From: Protoeuglena noctilucae
Lineage: Eukaryota
Assembly (NCBI GenBank): GCA_958009085.1
Contig: OY253668.1
Span: 1,178,001 to 1,242,000 of the forward strand
Direction of reading: 5' to 3'
DNA: 64,000 nucleotides
Shown: piece after piece, positions 54,659 to 64,000 of the stretch
Layout: every line of letters begins with the position of its first letter
Position numbering within the stretch: position 1 is the stretch's first letter
Made by a program: the position numbers and the translations under genes
Notes under the pieces: model-generated
What the model saw: only the letters and a program-made list of their open reading frames with translations
Database searches by the model: none
What the model was told of the DNA's origin: nothing

Positions 54659-56538
54659 ATGCAGGGGCCGGCGACGGCCGCCGCACGCGTAGCGTTGCGG
54701 CTCAGGCAGTTCAGCGGACTCCGCGCGACAACTTCACGCGAGTCCCTGCCGCTGCTCGCTCGATGGCCGCGGCGCATGGCCCTTTCTGCCCTTGCGGGGC
54801 CCGTCGCCCCGGCGCCTGACAGCGGGAATCAGGAAAAGAAGCGGGCCGGTCGCGGTGCCCGCCCCGGGCGAGGCCGTCCCGAGAAAGGCCGGGCACCGGG
54901 CGGCACTCACCAGCTGCTGGAGTCCGACCCGCTGTATCAGCCGCTCCTGCCCACCGGAGCGGACGCGGAGGGCCACCGATGTGGGTTTGTGGCTATCATC
55001 GGGAGGCCAAACGCCGGGAAGGTGCGCGGAAGGGCTTTGTTGACGGGCTTTGTTGACGGCCAGTGGTTTTGGTCCCGTCCGGCGGCTGGCGTCACCTGGG
55101 GGCGCTCCGGCATGTAGATTCCGATTCTTTCGGTACATTTTCGGTTCCGTATGCGGTGTTCTCGCAGAGCACGCTCCTGAATTGCCTGCTGGGGCAGAAG
55201 CTGTCGATCGTGACGGCCAAGGCCCAGACGACCCGGCACAAGATCGCCGGCTTTCTGTCAGGTGATGAAACGCTTCTTGCGTTGTAACCAGTTCCGTTCC
55301 CCCCCTCAGTGCCCGCCTGGTCTGAGCATTTGCACGCTTACGTGCCCCCCGTGCTGCCGTGGGTTGCAGAGCCCCGCTACCAGGTCATTCTGCTGGACAC
55401 GCCCGGCGTCATTACAAAGGCCAACTCGGGCATGGAGGAGAGGATGATGGCGGCGGTGAAGGAGGCCGTGCAGGAGGCAGACGCGGGTGCGTGGTTGTAC
55501 GCAGCTGAAGCGATGGACGCCCGACCCCATGCATGTAGTGTGCCACAGCCGTGAGCCTCCATGCGATGACGCGTTGTCTGTCGATCTACCCCCGCAGTGG
55601 TGGCGCTGGTGGACTCGTCAGACCGACCGGAGGAGGCGCTGTCGATGTTGGAGCCCGGGGACGGGTGGCAGGGGCCTCCCCTGTGCCTGGTGCTGAACAA
55701 GATGGACCTGCTGGGCGCCCAGGCCGCGTCGGCCCTCATGTCCGACTTCCGCGCCCGGTCCAAGGCCGACACCATCCTCGCCGTCAGCGCCAAGGTGGGA
55801 GCGAGCGGCGCGTGTTGCGTGCTGGACAAGGGGCGTCTGAGGCCGTGGTCTGAGGGCTGTAAACCGCACCTGCCTTTGCCTTTCATCGTTTTCCGTTACG
55901 GCCTTGCTTGGTGTGAACCCCTCTCATTACCTTGCCCTGCCGCCCAGGAGGCCAAAGGCATTGTGGAGCTCAAGGAGTGGATGGTGTCCAAAATGCCCGA
56001 GGGGCCGAGCCTGTTTAACAAGGATTACCTATCCCAGGCCCCCGAGCGATTCTTTGGTGAGTTGCCGGCCACGGTGATTTGCCATGCAAGCCCCAAAGGC
56101 ATATCACCATGCGACCCACTCCCTGCTCTCCCTCTGCAGTGTCCGAGATCATTCGTGAGAAAATATTCGAGTTCTACCGGCAGGAGATCCCCTACTGCTG
56201 CCAGGTGCGCCCGGGGCTGTCGCAGGCGCGCGTGCTGGCTAAGACTGGCGCGGCACGTGCGTTCTGACTCCTGCCGGACTGGCACGCAGGTGAACGTCGT
56301 CGAGTTTAAGGAGCGCAAGGTCGGGAAGGACTTTATCAAGGTGGAGATTCTGGTGGAGAAGGACGGGCAGCGGGGCATCCTGATGGGCGCGGGAGGGACG
56401 GCCATCAAGAGGCTCAACACCGCCGCGCGGCTGGACATCGAGGCGTTCCTGGGGCGCCCCGTCTTCCTGGAAATGACGGTCAAGGCCCAGAAGGGGTGGC
56501 GCGACGACGCGGACCTCCTGAAGCGGTACGGGTACTAG
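54659..56538 (+). CDS. ERA: Era GTPase, organellar (probably plastid)
   Basis: GFVAIIGRPNAGKSTLLN, KLSIVTAKAQTTRHKI, DTPG, NKMD, EIIREKIF, QEIPY and a KH-domain GILMGAGG..IK. The N-terminus is transit-like. Confidence 0.93.
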
Positions 56539-56581
56539 GAGTGAGTAGACGATGCGCGGCCTTGAACGCACGCGACGAGCG

Positions 56582-57420
56582 TCACGCGTCCCCGCCAGGC
56601 CGCGTCCCCGACGGGACCGCGGGCTCGGACGGGGGCCGGAAGCGCGCGGCGGCCTCGAGCCCCAGCCTCGCGCAGTGGCGGTTCAGGTTGGCCAGCAGCG
56701 GGAGGTCGCGCACGGGGATCCACCGGGCCTCGTCGACGTCGTCCGCCGCCACGGGGTGCAGCGTCGGGTCGACGGGCGCAGCCGCGACCTCCACGATCGT
56801 GTAGTGAAACTGCAGGCGTCCCTCAGCGTCCTTGACGATCGTGTCTACCGCCGCGTACGGGACCGGGAACGTCAGTTCCTGCGGCTTCCACTGCGGCGGG
56901 CGCCCGACTACGTAGGCGCTGCGCAGGAGCCCGGACGGCCCGCTCCCGGCCCACTCCCCCTCGGACGCCGACCCGTCGTCCTGCTCGCTCTGTCCCACGG
57001 GGTCGTAGTGGTAGCCCAGGGTGTCCCCCAGGCGATGGTAGGCAGTCCGGTCGAATCGCAGCTCCAAGTTGCACTCCTCGCGGATCTCCCGCACCGCGCA
57101 CTCGGCCAACGACTCCCCCAGCTCCTGTGTACCGCCTGGGAAGGACCAGTTCCCCTTGCTGGGCGCCTTGCCGCGCTTGATGACCACCACTTCGACCTCC
57201 TCCGTGTCGGGATTCGTTCTGGACCGGCGAGAGAGCGGGGAGTGGAGGCCTCCATGCAAAAAGCCGCAGCGTTTCGGCTCCTGCGCCGGCCAGCGATGCT
57301 CGCCTGAGGATCACCACGCCCACACCAACCCTAGGAACAGCTGGGTACTCTCTGCGCGTCGATGCGTCGCTCTCGGCCGCTCCCGCCCTCAACGCTACAT
57401 GCCGGAAGTGCCCTAGCCGC
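56582..57420 (-). CDS. Nudix hydrolase (bacterial ADP-ribose pyrophosphatase-like); start not resolved (5' coordinate approximate)
   Basis: REYPAVPRVGVGVVILR|TNPD..VVVIKRGKAP..WSFPGGTQELGESLAECAVREIREEC (Nudix box), followed by FHYTIVE..AADDVDEARW. Confidence 0.8.
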
Positions 57421-57851
57421 GCCCCCCGTGATTGGACGATTGTCCGCGGCTCGTAAACAGCGAGACCGTTCCAATGGCGCTTCTCTGTCGTTCGCGACCA
57501 TCGATGGCTGAGCGGAGCGGCTCCAGAGGACCTGCGTGCTCGCCGTGGCGTCGAGCCGTTCGTATCGGCTGAATCGCACGCGAACGACCTTCTGTCGCGA
57601 TCCCCCACCTGCTGCTCGCTAGGAAAAGAATCCCTTGGCGGATCTGCTGTGCGCAGCGAAGTATAGAAAGAGAGCTCGCCATTTGCGAGCAAAGCAGGGG
57701 TTGTGGCTCGTCGTCGTTGAGGCAGACGCAGGGCACCCTATGCGTACCCGTCAGAAGGCGCTTTCAATGCCTCGCAGCACATCTGTCAACTGGGGCGGGC
57801 TACCAGGGTTAACACACGAGACGGGCAGGAGTACCTGAGACGGAAACCGTG

Positions 57852-59235
57852 TCACTTCTTGGCTGTGAAGAACGTGTACAGGTGCAGGGCCGACACGAAC
57901 CCGATGCTGGCCAAGAACACCCAGGACAGGGGGTGGTTGGTCACCATGCCCGCGGCGAAGGCGCGGATGACGAAGCCCACTTGGAGGGCCAACGCCAGCC
58001 CTGTGCTGAGCTGCAGGTTCTTGAAGGTGCTCGCGCCGTGGCGCGCGCGGTCCGCCGCGAGCTTCACCACCACGGTGGCCATCGTCGCGACGGTGACCAG
58101 CACGCCCACCGCCGCCACCAGCGCCGGGCCTCCGGGCGTCTGGAAGGCGGACGGCAGGATAACGTCGAGGATGGGCTTCGCCAGGAATGGCGTGAGGCTC
58201 GTGACGGCGTACGCGTCCATCAGCAAGCACGCGATTTGGAAGGCGCGGCTGACGCCGTTGGCTGACCCGTACACGAACTGCGTGAGTCAAAGGGAGTGAG
58301 GTGCACGCGTTGCAGGAAGCGCGGGCCGGTTGCCACGCTACTTTTGCAGTCACGAGGCGACACGCACCGGGAACTGGTCTCGGTACAGCTGGGGCACGTC
58401 GGCGCCACCGGCGATGAGGCCCGCGACGCCCGTGGAGAGCAGCAGCAGCAGCGCGGCGGCCGCCATCACAGTCGCCGGTAATGGCGGTAGCTTGGCCCCG
58501 GACGATACCCACGTGGCGCACGAGATGAACGTGGCGTGGATCAGCGCCAGGTTGAGTCGCTGATAGGTCGCCGAGTCGAGCCGGGCGTGCGAGGCAGCCG
58601 TGGAGAGGGAGTGTGTCACTGCCGCCAGGGACAGGCCCCCCGCCGCCGCCATTTGGTATAGATGCCGGGTCGTCCAGTTCACCGGGAGCCCAAAAAACGA
58701 CAGGGCCATGGATGGGGCGAGGCACGACGTGGCAAGCGCCAGGCCGAGGAGGGTGCCGAGGGAGTAAAGAGCCGGCAGCACCACCGGATGCTGTACGGAA
58801 GCGCTGGAGGGGGGAGGGAGGGGCGAGAGATGAGCAATCAGTGCGGGAGTTGCAAACCGTGGAAAACATGACACCAGCTGCGCGTGACGAACCTGTCGCC
58901 ACCAGCGCTGCGGACCGCGATGGGCGCAGGACGGGCGTTCATGGCCCTGCAAGCGGCGAGGGATGTTAGCAAGTAAGGGAGCAGGGCGCCATCGATTCTG
59001 TGGGGACAAGTCGGTGAGATATCCGTGGCCCCTCGCGGCGGAAGGGCCAATCTGATGCGCAATCTCACTTCTCGTTCCGGATTAAAATCGAAGTGTGCCA
59101 TCTGTTCCTCCCGAATACCTCCGTGCCTCGCGGGGCCGGGGCGCGAAGCGATGGTGCTGCGCTCGGGCCTCTCGGGCACGCTCGCGCCCGAGCAATTGGG
59201 TGCGTTGGCCGCGGTATGACGCGCGCGTTCATCAT
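57852..59235 (-). CDS. Uncharacterised polytopic membrane protein, probably plastid-targeted; start uncertain
   Basis: Two hydrophobic coding exons joined in phase (DQFP|FVYGS) give about 8 TM-like segments. An internal repeat is present: [19 protein letters not shown] / [18 protein letters not shown]. Confidence 0.6.
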
Positions 59236-59419
59236 GGCAACATCTCCTGTCATCGTGCGCCTATCGCTCGCGGCGAGCCGCTGCGAAGGGCGCAACTCCG
59301 GTATGCGCAGAGCTTGGCAGGCCGCAACTAGACCTGTAAGTCCTTTGCACAGCACGAGAGAGCAGCTGCACAATGAATCTCGCGGCGAGGGCCATTCAAT
59401 CGGGCCCCCGTGCATAGTT

Positions 59420-60752
59420 TCAGGCACCGTTGGGCGTGGCAACCGGCGCCCGCGCGTTAGGGAAGCCGTTCCGCACGGGGTCGAAGTACGGGTGCTGCAT
59501 GGCCTCCTGACACGTGATGCGCTCCTGGTGGTCGTACCGCAGCATGCGGTCCAGCAGGTCGAGCGCCTGCGGGGGCACGCCACCACCCGTCCCGTCTCTG
59601 CTGCTCGCTCTGCGGGCCCCCCCGCGCCACGCCGGCCGCCACGCGCGCTCACCTCCGGCGACACGAGGTGCTCGTTCTCCCCGTGGATGAACTTGGTCCA
59701 GGGCTTGCGCGAGTGCCTCCCGATGAGGGCGTCCAGGTGCGGGTCGAGCTCAATGCCGTACTTGCTAATGTATGCGTCCAGCTCCTCCGTGCCCAGCACG
59801 CGCGCGATCTTGACCAGCTGATCGTAGTTGTCGTGCCCGTAGAAGAAGGGCTCCTTGCGGAAGATCATCCCCGCGAACATGCACCCGAGGCTCCAGATGT
59901 CGAGCGAGTAGTCGTAGTCCTGGAGGTCGACGAGGAGCTCGGGGCCCTTGAAGTACCGCGACGCCACGCGGACGTTGTACTCCTTCCCCGGGTGGTAGAA
60001 CTCGGCCAGGCCCCAGTCGATGAGCCGCAGCTGCCGCTTGGCGTGGTCAATCATCACGTTGTGCGGCTTGACGTCGCGGTGCATGATACCGCGCGAGTGG
60101 CAGTGGTCCAGGGCCTTGAGCACCTCCAGGATGTAGAAGCGGATGTCCAGGTCCAGCAGCGTCGGGTACAGGACCTTGAAGTCTGCGGAGGGGCGGGGCG
60201 GCGCGGGTCAGGCGCTCTGGCGCCCGTGGCAGGGCCACGCGAGGCGACGCCCCGCGCAAGCCGCGGGCAGGATCGCACACCGGTGTTGTCCACGAATTCG
60301 AAGATGAGGGACGGGGTCTTGCTCTGGGGGTCCCGCACCACGTCCAGCAGCTGGATGATGTTGGGGCCCCCGGCGAGGTTCTTGAGGATGAGGATCTCTC
60401 GCTTGATCTTCTTCTTCTTCACCGGCTTCAGGATCTGCGGCGCAGGCGCGGCAGCGGTGGCCGTGGTGGCCGACAGCAGGCAGCGGGGCGGGGAGGGGGC
60501 CCGCTGCGGTGGGCTTCCGCGAGGCATGACGGGCTCGCCGTCCCTTCTCGCCCGCACGCTCACCTTGATGATGCACCGCTCGCCCGTGGAGACCTTGACG
60601 CCCTCAAACACCTCGCTGTACTTGCCCCGGCCCACCTTCCGCACGACCTCGTAGTCGTCCTGGCTCCCCCATTCTATCTCATAATTCTCATAGTCCCAGT
60701 ACTCCCGGGGCTTGTTCACGTTGGCGTCGGCGTAGACCCTGGCCCGGCTCAT
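59420..60752 (-). CDS. CKA: Casein kinase II catalytic alpha subunit, 4 exons
   Basis: [73 protein letters not shown] and [10 protein letters not shown]. Confidence 0.97.
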
Positions 60753-61818
60753 GGTTGCATGCACGCGCCCTGCATGCGGCGGGGGCGGCCGTGAGGGTCT
60801 CGCATGCGCGCGCTCCCGCACACGCGCACAACTCCAGCTTCACTCAAGGGCCGCGCGTCACCAGCGGCGGTGCCAGGCACCGCGAGGGTGCTTCGCGAGC
60901 CCACCCCCCGTCGGGACGCTCGGGCCCAGGAAGCCGCGCCGAGACCGGTCCACCGGCCGCCCAGAGAAGGCGAGGCGTTCCGGTCGCCCAAGCCTGACAC
61001 CACTGGCGGCCGAGGCGGCCAGCCCACGAGCGCTGCGTGCAGGGGCGGCGGAAGGTGGCTTCCAGGGCGCCGTGCCGCCGGCGCGGCAAAGGAACCCGAA
61101 CTTCCCTGAACATGCAAGCAGAGGGTTGGCGCGGAGAGCAGGAAAAGGCCCTGCGACGGCGCCTCGCGCCGTGGGAGCGCTGGCCCAGCGTGCGGGTAGT
61201 GCGGGTAGCCGAGCACGCCCGGCTGCGCTGGAAGGGGCGTCCGGGGCCGCTCCCGCATGCATCGGAGCGAGCGTTCGCGGGCACGGAATGCCCGTGTGGC
61301 GAGCACGCCGGCCAACGGGCCGAAATGGCAGGACGGGTGGGCGCGCATCCCGGAGAGCAAAGCGACGGCGGCGAGAGCGCGCTCTCAATCAAAGGTAAGC
61401 GAGGTGTCGTGTCGAGTCTCGATACATTCGCGTTGCTCCGAGCGGCTGGCGCACAAAACGGGGCGGTGCTGGGGGCACGTCCAGCGATGCGAAGCAGCCA
61501 CGCCGATTCGCACCTCCTCTCCACCCTCGCAGGCCCCAGGGACAGCCCCTTGCGATCGACAGCGGCCCCGAAGTCCAGGGCATAAACAGGCCGAGCGGCG
61601 CAGATGGGACGGTTCAGGACTGCGTAATAATGGCAACTGGGCCCCTTGGTGTGCGAATGGTGCCCGGTCCTATTTCTCTGGCAAGGGCATTCCCGTTGTG
61701 AGGGGCCCGCGGGAGGTGAACCAAGCTGGCGACATCACCTCTGCTTCAATACTGCGCGAAATCTGTTCGTGGTTCAACTGAAATCTCGTTAAAGCTTGAG
61801 AACGCATTGTTGCGCGGG

Positions 61819-63758
61819 ATGGCGGACGAGGACTACGACATGAGCTCGCCTTTGGGAGCGGCTGCGCCTCGGCCCACCGAGCCCTTGCATGCAGCTTACG
61901 CGGAGGGATATGGGTACGCGTCTGGCGCTCCCCAAGGGGGCAAGGAATTCGCGTTCCTTAACAACGACAACGACCGGACTGCGCCGGCCTTGACCCAGCG
62001 CGACCCGAACGTGCAGGCGTCCGGAAAGGCGAGAGCTGGGAGGGAAACGAACGCTTTATCTGTTGCAAAGGTGGTTGCGACCCACCACCCTGTGTCGGCG
62101 TTCGACGGCCCCCACCCTGGCCCGCATGCGCAGATGGGGAGTGCGGGGCGGGGAGTGCCAATCGGTGCCATGTTCGGGAGCGGCGGTGCGAAGGAGAGCA
62201 AGAGCCTCTTCGGCTCGTCGTTCGCCAACGCAAAACCTGCCCGCGATCTTGTGACGGGGCCGAGCGCCCTGCCGAGCGACAACGGCAACATGCCGCCCTC
62301 CTCCGCGCCCGGCGCACGCGTCGACAACCGGCCCACCGTCAAGGTGTCGCAGGAAAGCATGCCGGCTGTCCGGCCGACCGCCCTTCCGGCCGCCGGGGCT
62401 TCCGACCCTGGGACCAAGGTCTCTGCCGCGGCTGTCAAGGACGAGCCCTCCACGCCCGTGGCCATCCGCACCGGCATCACCGCCCTCCAAGCCTCTCTGC
62501 CCGGAGAATTGCAGTGAGGCTTGCTTGCCCGCCGGCCCCTCGCATGGCCGGCCCGTGCCATGCAAGCCACCCTGGGCCTGCCCCTGTCCCCTTGCAGGAG
62601 CCTCTTGGCGTGGCGGAACCCCGCTCAGACCATCGTTGTGCTCGGTCTGTGTGGGCTGGCGCTGGCCGTGATCCAGTTCGTGGCGTCTGGGGGCCTCGGT
62701 ATCTCGCTGGTCGAGGGGGTCGCCTACGTCCTCCTCGCCCGCCTGGCCATGGGGTTCGTGTCCGCCACGCTCGGCGCGTCTTCTCGCGACAGCGCGCAGG
62801 TCTGGGACGCCACCATCGACTGGGCCAGCAGCAGCCTCCGCAGCGTCTGCCAGGGGTACGAGACGGCCATCCACAACCCCAACCCCCATGCCACGCTGGC
62901 CTTCACCCTGGCCCTCTGGGCCGTCGCCGTCGTCGGCCGCGTCCTCCGCCCCCACCACGTCGCCTGGCTCGTGCTCGGCGTGGCCTTCGCGGCCGCCCCC
63001 GCATGGGCCCGCTTGCACCGGGTGGTCAAGTGCGGATGGTCCTTCGCTGCGGAGGCCCTGGACCATCAGATGGAGGCGAGCGCAGCGCCCTGCATGTGCC
63101 TACTCAGTCAGAGTGCGGGGCACTCTGCTTCACCGCGCCACCTCTATTCATTCGCTGCACCCACCCCCCTCGATTTCTTGAGGTCCCACTAACGATGAGC
63201 CCGCGGTGTGATCCCTCGCAGAAGATGCAAATCACCCGCGGCAAGCGTGCCGTGGCCCTCGTGGTGGCCCTGGCCTTCTTCTGGCTGTACGTCGGGTGGG
63301 TGCACCGCGCGGTGTCTCTCCTGGTGGCCCTCGAGCTCATCCGGTGCCAGATGACCCCCCAGGAGGCGAAGAGCATGATGGAGACGGTGGGGCCCGTGGT
63401 GAAGAAGACCGTGGGGGACGTCACGAGCGTCATGAAGGCGTGGACGCCCCGAGGCAAGACGTACATGACGCCCGCCCCCAACCAGGGCTCCCTGGTGACC
63501 GACGCGGCTCTCCCGGCATGCCTACGACGACAAGCGAACGAGGGCTTGTTCGTTCGGCAAGTGGCCTTAGGCGCGACAGACCTTCGCGGGCCTCCTGCCT
63601 GCAGAACTTTGGAGCCGCAGAAGAACACCCGATGTTTAAAACCAAGGGGCAGTGAGGGCTGCGAGTACAGCAAGCAGCGACCCCTGACGTCCCTGTCACG
63701 TGCCCTGCCGCGATCGCCACCGAGCGCAGCCACTGGTTGGGGCAGCACCATAGCCTAG
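61819..63758 (+). CDS. Reticulon-domain protein with long disordered N-terminus; 3' end uncertain
   Basis: SLLAWRNPAQTIVVLG..SLVEGVAYVLL..ALWAVAVVGR..WLVLGVAFAAAPAW matches the reticulon double-hairpin pattern. Confidence 0.65.
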
Positions 63759-64000
63759 GGCTGGCGGGGGGCTTTCCGCGGCACCTTCCTCGTTCCCCTC
63801 TGGCCCTACCGCGACAAGCTTGAACCAACTTCAAAGCGCGGTTGGTGTAACACCTGACTAGCCACCCAGCCGTATCGTCAGATGCGCCCCAGGCTCGGGC
63901 CCCTCGCGGGCTTCCCGACGCCCGGCTGCCCCAGCTCCCGAGCCGTCTTCTTCGCGGAAGGCACCTGGGCAGCCGCTCCCCTCCTCGCGCCCCCGTTCGC

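Overview
This is GC-rich, intron-rich nuclear DNA of a eukaryote, most likely a chlorophyte green alga. The evidence is plastid-type ClpR2 and Era genes, a Chlamydomonas-like PAT/ACK pair, FixL-like PAS membrane proteins and ~80-200 nt spliceosomal introns; the genetic code looks standard. I can support 19 densely packed protein-coding genes with largely alternating orientation: zf-HIT protein, group II PLP decarboxylase, a head-to-head pair of giant TmcB/FXL-like PAS membrane proteins, DNAJC11-like, MCM7, profilin-like, M20 peptidase, ClpR2, leishmanolysin-like M8 peptidase, NFS1, acetate kinase and phosphate acetyltransferase (head-to-head), ABCG half-transporter, Era, Nudix hydrolase, an unknown membrane protein, CK2 alpha and a reticulon-like protein. 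The main observations are: (1) a relaxed 5' splice-site code, with about 17-18 GC-AG introns (all AG|GCRAG) and one apparent GA-AG intron in acetate kinase; (2) a divergent paralog pair of PAS sensors, one keeping the FixL heme His/Arg, with two single-base frameshifts and two identically sized (138 nt) tandem exons; (3) a leishmanolysin fused to a bacterial-type surface-protein domain; (4) a serine-decarboxylase relative with an FPx rather than YPx substrate loop. All gene models were built by hand from homology and splice signals without searches, and several start codons are uncertain.
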